A stretch of DNA of 64,000 nt, taken from a virus. Its lineage: Duplodnaviria > Caudoviricetes. The notes under the pieces are model-generated. The model did no database searches. It was not told the origin of the DNA and worked only from the letters and a program-made list of their open reading frames with translations. The position numbers and the translations under genes were made by a program. The stretch lies in the IMG/VR virus record IMGVR_UViG_3300005611_000001; one strand, 5' to 3'. Positions 24,379-33,787 of this stretch are shown here, in pieces; position 1 is the stretch's first letter, and every line of letters begins with the position of its first letter.

Positions 24379-26121
24379 ATGAACTCTGAATACATCAAAA
24401 AAATTCAATCGCTTTGGCTAGAAGTGGTTGAAGGCAAAAAGAAGCTTGATCCTGTCGATTCGAAGGCTCTCAAGAAAGATTATGATGATCGTAAAGACAA
24501 AGACCTCGACAATGATGGCGACACGGATTCTTCTGACGAGTATCTTCACAATCGTCGTAAGACCATTGCCAAGGCGATGAAGAAAGAAGATACTGATCTT
24601 GAAGAAGCCACTGGCAAAGACATTGCTGCTAAGATGATGCGCAGCAAAACAATGAAGCCTTTTGCATCTAAAGTCGCTAAGATGGCTAAAGTTTCTGCTG
24701 GTGACCTTGAGAAAATGCTTCCTGATTATGTTTCGGGCGGTGAGATTCGCAAACTGTTTGAAGAGTCTGTAAACGAAGAAGTCTGGAAAGAAATTGAGAC
24801 TTATGCTAAGAAGCATGGCGGCATTGACAAAAACGATATGATGAAAGTCGCAATGATGCTCAAGAAGGGTGACCGTAAAGGCGCTGTCAAGTATGCTCGT
24901 GGTCTAGACACTGATCCTCGCGATTGGCTTCTAGACAAAATGGACGAAGCTGTTGAACTTGATGAAGTCTCTGCCAAACTCGCTCGTAAGGCTGCTGCGT
25001 CAAGCGCAGCAAAAAGTTTTGAATACGGCAGTTCTGCGTATGGCCCTGGTTCTGACAAAGAGACTGATCGCCTAGACAAGAAGGCTGATAAAGCCCGCGC
25101 TCACGTTCAGAAGCGTCAAGGTGATAAAGGTGTCAAGAAAGTCGATAGAATGACTGGTAAACTGATCTATGGTAGAAACGAATCTGTAAACCTTGACGAC
25201 CTGATTGATAACTTGAGCGAAGAACAACTTGACGAAATCTCTGCAAAGCTCGCTCGTAAAGCGGCTGCTGCTAGTCAAGCAAAAAGTTTTGAATACGGCA
25301 GTTCTGCATACGGTCCCGGCGCTGACAAAGAGACGGATCGTCTAGACAAGAAGGCTGACAAGGCTAGAGCGCATGTCCAGAAGCGTCAGGGCGACAAAGG
25401 CGTTAAAAAGGTCGACAGAATGACTGGTAAACTGATCTATGGTAGAAACGAAGCAGTTGATATCTCCACCAAATCTGTAGATAAAGCACTGTCTCATGAC
25501 TGCGCTAAGCATGTTGCTTCTGAGCAATGGGGCTTTGGTGAGTGCATCCCTGGTCAGCACACTCTAGTCGAGCAATCCGACGGTACTGCAATCGTGACTC
25601 ACTACGATGTGATGTTTGAGCATGGTGTTGAGTTTGATGTGCCTGTCGAGGATCTGACCATTCTTGTGTCTGAGTCTCACAAGCACACTGCTAAGAAGAT
25701 GAAAGAAGGCGATATGTCGAAAGACAAGGCTAGTCACGATACTGGCGGTTTTAGAATCTCTAATCAAGATGCTCAAGCAGCAAAGAAGCGCCTTGCTGAT
25801 CGTCTGAAGCAGCGTCGTATGAAGAAAGAAGGCGTTGAAGAAGGCAAGACTTACGGTGAGCGTACTAAAGGTGCTGCTAAGGCAGAGACCATGAAAGATA
25901 AGTTCAAGGGCAAAGCAGCACTAGACATGGCGAAAGATGCGAACATGGACAACCCTGAACTTGCGGCTGATGATGCAAAGGGGCATGAAGATGCAACCAA
26001 AGCAGGTCGTGCAGTGAAAGGTCAAGCACCTATGCGCCCTGGTGAAACTCGCGTCGGCGATAAGAACATCGTAAACCCCGTTAAGGGTGCAGTAACCCGC
26101 ACTACAGGTAAGGAGGGATAA
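24379..26121 (+). CDS. Large modular putative prohead core/internal protein
   Basis: DLDNDGD Ca-loop-like motif, many LxE sites, internal duplication. Confidence 0.75.
   Translation: MNSEYIKKIQSLWLEVVEGKKKLDPVDSKALKKDYDDRKDKDLDNDGDTDSSDEYLHNRRKTIAKAMKKEDTDLEEATGKDIAAKMMRSKTMKPFASKVAKMAKVSAGDLEKMLPDYVSGGEIRKLFEESVNEEVWKEIETYAKKHGGIDKNDMMKVAMMLKKGDRKGAVKYARGLDTDPRDWLLDKMDEAVELDEVSAKLARKAAASSAAKSFEYGSSAYGPGSDKETDRLDKKADKARAHVQKRQGDKGVKKVDRMTGKLIYGRNESVNLDDLIDNLSEEQLDEISAKLARKAAAASQAKSFEYGSSAYGPGADKETDRLDKKADKARAHVQKRQGDKGVKKVDRMTGKLIYGRNEAVDISTKSVDKALSHDCAKHVASEQWGFGECIPGQHTLVEQSDGTAIVTHYDVMFEHGVEFDVPVEDLTILVSESHKHTAKKMKEGDMSKDKASHDTGGFRISNQDAQAAKKRLADRLKQRRMKKEGVEEGKTYGERTKGAAKAETMKDKFKGKAALDMAKDANMDNPELAADDAKGHEDATKAGRAVKGQAPMRPGETRVGDKNIVNPVKGAVTRTTGKEG
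24958..25452 (+). repeat. Intragenic tandem duplication, 225 nt (75 aa) unit, period 270 nt
   Basis: 24958-25182 and 25228-25452 both encode LDE(V/I)SAKLARKAAA...KLIYGRNE. Confidence 0.95.
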
Positions 26122-26373
26122 ATGAAAGAGATTCGTACGCCTCACTGGGCTCCAGCAGGGACATACCCAACCGAAAGAGGTTGGGTCACCCCTTGGGGCG
26201 AAGTGATTAAAAAGCAGAAGTTTACTGCTGAACAGATTGCTCACTGGCACGGCAACACTGCTCTGCCTAAGCAAACACTCCATGAAGCACCGGTCATTGA
26301 AACAGTAATTGAAAAAGAAGTTGAACACTTTCACTATGGAGACGATGAAGACCTAGAACCTGAAGAGGTCTAA
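26122..26373 (+). CDS. Hypothetical protein
   Basis: GGAGG SD, 83 aa. Confidence 0.75.
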   Translation: MKEIRTPHWAPAGTYPTERGWVTPWGEVIKKQKFTAEQIAHWHGNTALPKQTLHEAPVIETVIEKEVEHFHYGDDEDLEPEEV

Positions 26374-26375
26374 TC

Positions 26376-26705
26376 ATGGCAGAAGAAGAAAAAAAAGAGA
26401 AGGGCTATCATCCCGCAGACACAAACGGTGATGGTCATGTGTCTGAAGAAGAACACCGCATGTATATGGAGTTTAAGCGAAAAGAACTGGAGGATGCTGA
26501 TGCGATGCGCGATGCGCAAAGAAATATGACATGGTTTGCGTTGTTTGGTTTGTTACTATATCCTTTTGCTGTTGTACTTGCAGACTGGATTGGGCTTGAC
26601 AAAGCCTCTGAAATTCTAGGAGACATGGCTGCTACATACTTTGTTTCTGTTGCTGCTATTGTTGCTGCATTCTTTGGTGGGCAAGCGTACTCTGCTAAAA
26701 AGTAA
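26376..26705 (+). CDS. Membrane protein with EF-hand-like loop (holin-like topology)
   Basis: DTNGDGHVSEEE plus hydrophobic helices. Confidence 0.6.
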   Translation: MAEEEKKEKGYHPADTNGDGHVSEEEHRMYMEFKRKELEDADAMRDAQRNMTWFALFGLLLYPFAVVLADWIGLDKASEILGDMAATYFVSVAAIVAAFFGGQAYSAKK

Positions 26706-26721
26706 AGTAGTTTGACCTAAG

Positions 26722-26750
26722 AAACCCGTCGAGCAATCGGCGGGTTTTTT
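26722..26750 (+). terminator. Rho-independent terminator
   Basis: AAACCCGTCGA-GCAA-TCGGCGGGTTT plus T run. Confidence 0.85.
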
Positions 26751-26758
26751 TATAAATA
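26751..26758 (+). promoter_or_regulatory. T4-type late promoter
   Basis: TATAAATA. Confidence 0.8.
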
Positions 26759-26786
26759 CAGAAAATATCTATTTGTTATAGGGACC

Positions 26787-27161
26787 ATGATGCTTTTATT
26801 TGATGAACTTAATGAAGATACTTTTCTTCTGTATGCAGCGCGAAGTTATTATAATCCCACTTGTATTGATGCAGAAGAATTCTACGAAGATGTTAATCGC
26901 TTCAAGTATCTCAAACGGCTTGTCAAACGATACGAAGACGGCGGGAAGCTTTCTGTTAATCTCATACTAAATCATCTGGTTGTAATCTTTAATGTTTTTG
27001 GTATTGACACGGGATTGAGGATGTTAGAATATAAAGTATTTACTGAAGAAAATCTACCAATTCTCAAGCCCTTTCTCATATATTTGAACGTAATACCAAA
27101 CGATAAATATACAGGCACAGCAATGGACGAAACTGTTGTTGAAGAACTGAGGAACATATAG
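26787..27161 (+). CDS. Hypothetical late protein of a type recalled from T4-like phages
   Basis: YYNPTC..EEFYED..RFKYLKRL. Confidence 0.8.
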   Translation: MMLLFDELNEDTFLLYAARSYYNPTCIDAEEFYEDVNRFKYLKRLVKRYEDGGKLSVNLILNHLVVIFNVFGIDTGLRMLEYKVFTEENLPILKPFLIYLNVIPNDKYTGTAMDETVVEELRNI

Positions 27162-27742
27162 TGTCATTAGCATCAAGAGCAGGCGATCTTTATTATTCTT
27201 TTCGTTTTGTAAAACTTCTCACAACACCGTGGGAAGAAACTGACGCATACAAGCTTGGTATTATCGATGAAAATGGCAAGCGTGTCAAAGCTGTTAAGCT
27301 TGATAATGACGAAAAGAAATCCGCATACACAACTTTCATTCGTTTAGTCTTCAACATCAAAAGACTGCTAGAGAAAGTTCCTGGTGGTAAAAGCACTCTA
27401 GCGTCTTATGCAGCAGCGCTGTTTCTTCTCAAAGAGAAATATTCTTTGAGTGATGCAACCGTTCACAAAATTTTAAAGCAATCAAACATCGATCCTCTTG
27501 ATTTTCTTGAAGAAGGTTGTTACTGGTACGTTCTGGAGAGCAAGCAGTTGTCGCCTGGCATTTATCGTCTACGCGAAGAGCGTATTACAAATCTAGAAGA
27601 AATGACTTTATCAAAAGATCAGATTCGCGTCGAAGATGGCGCATATCCTGTTGGTTCAATTCTCGGTTTAGATATATATCAAGTGACTCATTTAAATACG
27701 AATCAACCAATGTATGTCACAGTGGGAGAGCTTTACAAGTGA
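27161..27742 (+). CDS. Hypothetical late protein
   Basis: RFVKLLTTPW..AYKLGIID; GTG start. Confidence 0.8.
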   Translation: MSLASRAGDLYYSFRFVKLLTTPWEETDAYKLGIIDENGKRVKAVKLDNDEKKSAYTTFIRLVFNIKRLLEKVPGGKSTLASYAAALFLLKEKYSLSDATVHKILKQSNIDPLDFLEEGCYWYVLESKQLSPGIYRLREERITNLEEMTLSKDQIRVEDGAYPVGSILGLDIYQVTHLNTNQPMYVTVGELYK

Positions 27743-27912
27743 AATCGTTCAAGCAATTTGTTGAAGAGCCTACAATGACTACAGGTCCTGGCATTGCTGG
27801 TACTTCGAAAAACGATCCCGCAGACTGGATGTACGGCAAGAAGAAGAAGCGTCGACCCCTCACCAGACGCTATATTGAAATCAACGGCAAGTTCAAAAAG
27901 CAGCAAAAATGA
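27739..27912 (+). CDS. Small protein with CTS-like start
   Basis: GTG-KSFKQFVEE. Confidence 0.65.
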   Translation: MKSFKQFVEEPTMTTGPGIAGTSKNDPADWMYGKKKKRRPLTRRYIEINGKFKKQQK

Positions 27913-28199
27913 TTCGTTTGCTGCCCGTTCTGCTATTGTCAGGATGTGCAGTTGCATGGTCGCCTGATATGATTCGCGACGAACAGCCCGACGAAACTTT
28001 TCTATATACATTAAGCATTACGGGAACATATCCCAAGAAACAATTTATGAATGCGCAAGAAAGAGCAGCGTATACACAACTGCCTCCGCATGCGCAAGAT
28101 AATATGATGAAGTATTATAAACAAAGAGAGAAAGACAGAGAGCGGTCGTCTGAATTACTTAATTGCTGGTTAAAAATACCACCGAATTTGGAGTGTTAA
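27909..28199 (+). CDS. Putative lipoprotein
   Basis: LLLSG-C lipobox. Confidence 0.65.
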   Translation: MIRLLPVLLLSGCAVAWSPDMIRDEQPDETFLYTLSITGTYPKKQFMNAQERAAYTQLPPHAQDNMMKYYKQREKDRERSSELLNCWLKIPPNLEC

Positions 28200-28202
28200 A
28201 TT

Positions 28203-28649
28203 ATGTTTGCGTTTATTAAGATGTTGCCTTTGATTCTTTTGCTTGGTGGAGGCGCATATGCCTATCATACAACCAAAGTGAGTGAGTTGTCAAGTGTCAT
28301 TTCACAAAAAGAAGCAGCAATCACCATTCTAGAAACAAATCAAGAAAAGTTGCTTGAAGCAGAAGCGAAGAATCGCAAAGCTCTTGAGACGATGCAGGCT
28401 GATCTAGAGAAGCAGCGTCAAGCATTCACTAATCTTTCTACCCAACATGCTCAACTTGCAAAAGAGCGTGATGAGTACATGTCTGTCTTTCGTAAACACG
28501 ATCTGACTAAGCTTGCTAGACTCAAGCCAGGTCTAATCGAACCCCGTATTAATAAAGGCACTGAAGCAGTATTTCGACAAGTAGAACAAGATAGCCGTGA
28601 AGTAGACCAAGCTGATGATGAAGTGGAGGTTGCAAATGAAGAAGGTTAG
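28203..28649 (+). CDS. Putative i-spanin
   Basis: N-terminal TM then coiled coil; overlaps a lipoprotein gene. Confidence 0.65.
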   Translation: MFAFIKMLPLILLLGGGAYAYHTTKVSELSSVISQKEAAITILETNQEKLLEAEAKNRKALETMQADLEKQRQAFTNLSTQHAQLAKERDEYMSVFRKHDLTKLARLKPGLIEPRINKGTEAVFRQVEQDSREVDQADDEVEVANEEG

Positions 28650-29097
28650 TGTTATACTGCTCGCGTTGATTTTGTCTGGATGTTCTACATTCGGGCTGCC
28701 TAAGTTCGGTTTTGGTAAAAAGCCTGAACCCGAGCCTCTCCCCCCTAAGATTGTGACAGTGACTGAGACTGTGCCTCTGCGCATCTATCAGCCACCGCTA
28801 CCTCAAGAAATCGCTCTTGAGAATGTGAAGTTCTTTGTGATTACTAAAGACAACTTAGAAGAACAAACTGCAAAGATTGAGAAAATTCTGGGTGGTGACT
28901 TGGTAGTGTTCGCTCTGACACCTCAGAGCTATGAGAACATGGCGTTTAATCTGCAAGAGATTCGTCGCTATGTTCGCCAGCAGAAAGAGATTATTCTATA
29001 CTACCGCGAAGCAACAACTGGTGATGAAGGCACTGACGCTGATGACTGGCTTGAAAAGAACAAAGAAGTAGTAGAAGAACAGCAAAAGCCTAATTGA
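28636..29097 (+). CDS. Putative o-spanin lipoprotein
   Basis: LILSG-C lipobox, Pro-rich linker. Confidence 0.65.
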   Translation: MKKVSVILLALILSGCSTFGLPKFGFGKKPEPEPLPPKIVTVTETVPLRIYQPPLPQEIALENVKFFVITKDNLEEQTAKIEKILGGDLVVFALTPQSYENMAFNLQEIRRYVRQQKEIILYYREATTGDEGTDADDWLEKNKEVVEEQQKPN

Positions 29098-29101
29098 TCT
29101 T

Positions 29102-29150
29102 ACACTAGATATAGTGTATCATAAATGATTCATAACACTATAAAATGATC
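29102..29150 (+). promoter_or_regulatory. Tandem NrdR-box-like operator upstream of nrdA
   Basis: ACACTAGATATAGTGT 29102-29117; weaker ACACTATAAAATGATC 33 bp downstream. Confidence 0.6.
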
Positions 29151-29198
29151 CATATGTGGATCATTAGTACCCTTTACGCTTAAAAAAGAGAGAAACGA

Positions 29199-31181
29199 AT
29201 GTCAGTCACAATCGATTTATCGCGGGACGAATTGCTAGAAGATTACGCGGTAGGAATGCTTAAAGATTTTTATCTGAACGAATATGAAAACTCACCACAA
29301 GAAGCATATGCTCGCGCTGCAAAGGCATGGGCAACATACAAAGACGAAATGGATGTGCAACTGGCTAAAAGACTTTACGAGTATGTTTCGAAAAAGTGGT
29401 TCATGTTCGCATCGCCTGTTTTGTCGAATGCACCCAACGGGCACGGCAAGGGCAAGGGAATGCCTATCTCGTGTTTTCTCACTTATGTGCCTGATACACT
29501 TGAAGGATTAATTGATCACTCTAGTGAACTGCGATGGCTTTCCGTGCTTGGTGGCGGCGTAGGCGGTCACTGGAGCGATGTTCGTACTGTATCTGACATT
29601 GCGCCTGGTCCAATTCCGTTTCTGCACACTGTAGACGCTGACATGATTGCGTATCGTCAAGGCAAGACTCGCAAGGGTTCTTATGCTGCGTACATGGATG
29701 TCTCTCATCCTGATATCGTAGAGTTTCTGAATATGCGTATTCCTACAGGCGATGTGCAACGCAAAGCGTTGAATTTGCACAACGCCATCAACATCACTAA
29801 TGAGTTTATGCAAGCAGTTGTTAGCAACAGCGATTTTGATTTAAGAGATCCAAAAGACGATGCAATCAAAGAAACGATCAATGCTCGTAAACTGTGGGAG
29901 CGTATTCTTGAGATTCGTTTTCGTACTGGCGAACCTTATCTAAACTTTATCGATACCGCAAACGATGCGCTACCTCAAAATCTCAAAGACCTTGGGCTTA
30001 AGATTCACGGTTCGAATCTTTGCAATGAGATTCACTTGCCAACTTCGGCTGACAGAACTGCTGTGTGCTGCTTGTCTTCTCTCAATCTAGAGTATTATGA
30101 TGAATGGAAAGATACGAATATTGTGCGTGATCTTATTCGCATGCTTGACAATGTCCTGCAGTACTTTATCGACAACGCACCTGATTCTATCTCAAGGGCT
30201 AAGTACTCGGCTGAACGAGAAAGATCCATTGGCTTGGGCGCTATGGGATTCCACTCTCTCTTACAGAAACATGGAGTCGCATGGGAAAGTGAAACTGCGA
30301 AAGAGATCAATACGGTTGTCTTTGAGCGTATCTCCAGCCAAGCAAACGAAGAGACTAGACTTCTCGCGCAAGAGCGAGGCGAATATCCTGACGGAGTGGG
30401 CACCGGTCGACGCAACGCACATTTGCTCGCTATCGCCCCAAATGCGTCCAGTGGTGTTATCTTGTCCACCTCGCCATCCATTGAGCCTATCAAAGCATGC
30501 GCATACACACACCGTACTCGCGCCGGTTCATTCTTGGTGAAGAATAAGTATCTTGATAAACTGCTGACCGAGAAGGGCGAGAATAACGAATCAAACTGGA
30601 CTTCAATCATCACCAACAAGGGTTCTGTTCAGCACCTGCCATTTTTGACTGAAGGTGAGAAAGCCATCTTCAAGACCGCACAAGAACTTGATCAAACCTG
30701 GGTTGTGCAACATGCTGCGGATCGTCAAAAGTATATCTGCCAAGGGCAATCTGTGAATCTATTCTTTCCCGCTGGTGCACCAAAATCGTATGTAAATAAA
30801 GTTCATATCAAGGCATGGAAAGAAGGGCTCAAGGGTCTGTATTATCTGCGCACCGAAGCCAAGTCTCGCGCAGAAAATGTGTCTGAGAAAGTCGAGCGCG
30901 TAGCACTGCAAGACGACAAAAGAAATATTGTCTATAGCAAAAAGAACTGCCCGTTCTGTGCAATGGCGATGGAAGAACTGAAGTTGCGTGGTATTCCATT
31001 CGACAAAATTGATCTAGAAGAAATTGGCAAGACCGCAGCAGAAGTGACTGGAAGAAAAGTGAGTACTGTTCCTCAAATTTATATTGGGGGTAATTATATT
31101 GGTGGTTATGAAGACCTTATGGCGTTTCTAAATAACGCACCTGTCGAAGAATCTGATGAATGCAAGGCTTGTGAGGGCTAA
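29199..31181 (+). CDS. nrdA: Class Ia ribonucleotide reductase alpha subunit with fused glutaredoxin
   Basis: SNLCNEI, IAPNASS, GLYYLR; then CPFC...TVPQIY Grx and terminal CKACEG. Confidence 0.93.
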   Translation: MSVTIDLSRDELLEDYAVGMLKDFYLNEYENSPQEAYARAAKAWATYKDEMDVQLAKRLYEYVSKKWFMFASPVLSNAPNGHGKGKGMPISCFLTYVPDTLEGLIDHSSELRWLSVLGGGVGGHWSDVRTVSDIAPGPIPFLHTVDADMIAYRQGKTRKGSYAAYMDVSHPDIVEFLNMRIPTGDVQRKALNLHNAINITNEFMQAVVSNSDFDLRDPKDDAIKETINARKLWERILEIRFRTGEPYLNFIDTANDALPQNLKDLGLKIHGSNLCNEIHLPTSADRTAVCCLSSLNLEYYDEWKDTNIVRDLIRMLDNVLQYFIDNAPDSISRAKYSAERERSIGLGAMGFHSLLQKHGVAWESETAKEINTVVFERISSQANEETRLLAQERGEYPDGVGTGRRNAHLLAIAPNASSGVILSTSPSIEPIKACAYTHRTRAGSFLVKNKYLDKLLTEKGENNESNWTSIITNKGSVQHLPFLTEGEKAIFKTAQELDQTWVVQHAADRQKYICQGQSVNLFFPAGAPKSYVNKVHIKAWKEGLKGLYYLRTEAKSRAENVSEKVERVALQDDKRNIVYSKKNCPFCAMAMEELKLRGIPFDKIDLEEIGKTAAEVTGRKVSTVPQIYIGGNYIGGYEDLMAFLNNAPVEESDECKACEG

Positions 31182-31184
31182 ACT

Positions 31185-31676
31185 ATGAAATACTATATTA
31201 TTGAACCAAAATTCAAGAAGTCGCTTGTCGAAGGCGAATGGTACGAGCGCGAAGACGGTGCTAGGATTCTAGTACAAACTCTTTGGAGAGGCGGGTCGTT
31301 TAAACTGTCCGTGCCTGAAACTGAGAGTGAAATGAAAGAACTTCTTGGCGACTCATACGACGAGGATGATGTCGAGTACTATACTTGGCTTCCTGAAGAA
31401 GACGATGATTATATCGAACTAGATGATTATCAGTTTGAAATGCTTTCGACTTGGGATGGCTGCTCAGAAGACTACGAAATTTTTAAAGTTGAAGATGAAG
31501 ACGAAGTTGAAGCAATCACCGAAGCACTTGATGAGAATGGTATCAGTGGGCTGTGGGACGGTGAAGGCGCGCTTGAAGGATTTGATGCAGACTATTGTTA
31601 TTACGAAATTCAAGGTGGATGTGTTCTTACAGAGTGTGACGAAGATGGAGAGCCTTTAGAAAATGAAGATCAGTAA
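31185..31676 (+). CDS. Acidic hypothetical protein
   Basis: Asp/Glu-rich 163 aa. Confidence 0.75.
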   Translation: MKYYIIEPKFKKSLVEGEWYEREDGARILVQTLWRGGSFKLSVPETESEMKELLGDSYDEDDVEYYTWLPEEDDDYIELDDYQFEMLSTWDGCSEDYEIFKVEDEDEVEAITEALDENGISGLWDGEGALEGFDADYCYYEIQGGCVLTECDEDGEPLENEDQ

Positions 31677-32229
31677 GATTGATACTTATGAAGGCATAAG
31701 AACAAAACAATCAACTCATATATTTCAAACTTTTCCTGTTCTTCTTGGGCAAGGCGGATTTTATAGAGTTATAGAGATTGGAACGTATGCGGGCGGTCTG
31801 TCACTGTTTATTAGCAAGATTGCTCCAAACGTAGAATATCTTGGATATGAAATTGATCCAAACGTTATTCATCCAAATGCGTCCCATCTAAATATCAGAA
31901 CTGTCAATTTCGCAGAAGAAAAAGAGTTCATTCGCGAGTATATTTCTCGTGAAGGAAGATGCCTTGTTCTTTGCGATGGTGGTAATAAATTGTATGAATT
32001 TGCGACGCTTGCGCCGTTGATAAAACTCAATGATGTTATCATGACACATGACTATCTTGATGATACAAAACACGATGTCTCTGTATATCAATCAGTCGAA
32101 AGGTTTCGAAAGCCAGAAACCACTAAAACGATGCTGTTACCAATCGCAAAAGAAAACAATTTAACTGATGAATGCAATATAGATTTCACACACTCTCTAT
32201 GGAGTCATTGGACTAAAAAGGAAGATTAA
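31663..32229 (+). CDS. SAM-dependent methyltransferase-like protein
   Basis: VIEIGTYAGG, CDGG. Confidence 0.65.
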   Translation: MKISKIDTYEGIRTKQSTHIFQTFPVLLGQGGFYRVIEIGTYAGGLSLFISKIAPNVEYLGYEIDPNVIHPNASHLNIRTVNFAEEKEFIREYISREGRCLVLCDGGNKLYEFATLAPLIKLNDVIMTHDYLDDTKHDVSVYQSVERFRKPETTKTMLLPIAKENNLTDECNIDFTHSLWSHWTKKED

Positions 32230-33191
32230 TGGCACTACTAGATTTTAGCACCACATACAAGCCCTTTCAATACCCCTGGGCTGTAGAGCTTTCGAAGAAG
32301 CACGAAGAAGTCCACTGGATCGAAGACGAAGCAGAACTGTCTGAAGATGTACAGGACTGGAAGACAAAGCTGAGCGAAGATGAGAAAGAGTTTATCACTC
32401 ATATCCTTCGTCTGTTCACTCAGAGCGATGTGCAAGTCGGTGAGAACTACCACGAGCTTCTGATTCCGAAGTTTAAGAATAATGAAGTGCGTAATATGCT
32501 ATCGTCGTTTGCAAGCCGTGAGGCGGTGCACCAGCGCGCCTACGCGCTTTTAAACGATACCCTCGGTCTTCCTGACGAGGAATATCACAAGTTTCTAGAG
32601 TACAAGGAAATGGCTGATAAGGTCGACTTCATGAAAGAAGGCGACATCACTACGCATACAGGCCTTGCGCTCGCGCTGGCTCAGTCGGTCTTTAACGAAG
32701 GGCTCGCCGTGTTTGCTTCGTTTGTCATGCTGCTCAACTTCCAACGTCATGGTAAGATGAAGGGCATGGGCACGATTGTCGAGTGGTCGATCCGTGACGA
32801 GACTCTGCATGTTCAAGGCAATGCAAAGCTGTTCCGCACTTTCTGTGAAGAGCGTCCGCGCATTGTAAATGATGAACTGAAGTCCAAGATTTACGAAATG
32901 GCAAGCACTGCAGTCAAGCTTGAAGATAAGTTTATCAATCTTGCATTCAAAGGCAATGATGTGCAGGGCTTGACCAAAGAAGAAGTGCGCGCATATATAA
33001 GACACATTGCTGACCGTCGCTTGCTGCAGCTTGGTCTCAAGACCAAGTTCAAGCAGAAAGACAATCCTCTACCTTGGCTTGATTGGGTGTTGAATGGTGC
33101 TTCTCACGATAATTTCTTTGAGAAGCGTGTCACCGAGTATTCTGTTGTCGGCATGGAAGGTGATTGGGGTTGGGACGAGGATGCTGCATAA
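32229..33191 (+). CDS. nrdB: Ribonucleotide reductase beta subunit
   Basis: EAVHQRAY, EGLAVFASF, RDETLH, NFFE di-iron motifs. Confidence 0.95.
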   Translation: MALLDFSTTYKPFQYPWAVELSKKHEEVHWIEDEAELSEDVQDWKTKLSEDEKEFITHILRLFTQSDVQVGENYHELLIPKFKNNEVRNMLSSFASREAVHQRAYALLNDTLGLPDEEYHKFLEYKEMADKVDFMKEGDITTHTGLALALAQSVFNEGLAVFASFVMLLNFQRHGKMKGMGTIVEWSIRDETLHVQGNAKLFRTFCEERPRIVNDELKSKIYEMASTAVKLEDKFINLAFKGNDVQGLTKEEVRAYIRHIADRRLLQLGLKTKFKQKDNPLPWLDWVLNGASHDNFFEKRVTEYSVVGMEGDWGWDEDAA

Positions 33192-33335
33192 ATGGAAGAA
33201 TATCAATACGAAGTCAAATGTGTTTTATGCAGTACCGAGTTTACAATTATAATAGAAGACGAAGATGAAAAGCCAGTATATTGCCCAATGTGTGGTAGTG
33301 AGGCTATCGACGTTGAGCTTGTAGACTTCGATTAG
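33192..33335 (+). CDS. Small zinc-ribbon protein
   Basis: CVLC...CPMCG. Confidence 0.7.
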   Translation: MEEYQYEVKCVLCSTEFTIIIEDEDEKPVYCPMCGSEAIDVELVDFD

Positions 33336-33339
33336 TTTC

Positions 33340-33759
33340 ATGTGGTATTATAATAATAAAATCTTTGAGCCCACAGAAGACGAGATATCAGCCTATGTGG
33401 GCTTTGTTTATGTAATTACTGAACTAGATACTAATAAGAAGTATATTGGTAAGAAGTTTTTCTGGGCGATTCGTAAGCTACCGCCACTCAAAGGGCAGAA
33501 ACGCAAGCGCATCAAGAAAACGATGTCAGACTGGAAAGACTACTATGGTAGTTCCGAAGAACTGAAGTCGCTTGTTGAATCAAAAGGTGGTGACGCATAT
33601 CGTCGAGATATTTTAAAATTATGTAAAACAAAGGGCGAATGTTCGTATTACGAAGCTAAATATCAGTTTGAGAAGGATGTTTTATTGCGTGATGATTACT
33701 ATAACGAGTTTATTGGTTGTAAGATTCACTCAAAACATCTGAAGACTCAAGATTTATAA
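33340..33759 (+). CDS. GIY-YIG-like protein
   Basis: FVYVIT...KKYIGKK, YYGSS. Confidence 0.75.
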   Translation: MWYYNNKIFEPTEDEISAYVGFVYVITELDTNKKYIGKKFFWAIRKLPPLKGQKRKRIKKTMSDWKDYYGSSEELKSLVESKGGDAYRRDILKLCKTKGECSYYEAKYQFEKDVLLRDDYYNEFIGCKIHSKHLKTQDL

Positions 33760-33762
33760 ATA
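33755..33762 (+). promoter_or_regulatory. T4-type late promoter
   Basis: TATAAATA before the P-loop kinase gene. Confidence 0.75.
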
Positions 33763-33787
33763 ACTATATCACTCACTGAGATAAGAA

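Noticed and set aside
24958-25452. 225 nt repeat pair as a DGR template/variable repeat
   Set aside because: Differences are mostly synonymous and not adenine-specific; no reverse transcriptase in the window
33340-33759. Mobile homing endonuclease next to nrdB
   Set aside because: Short, with no DNA-binding extension; nrdA and nrdB are uninterrupted by introns or inteins
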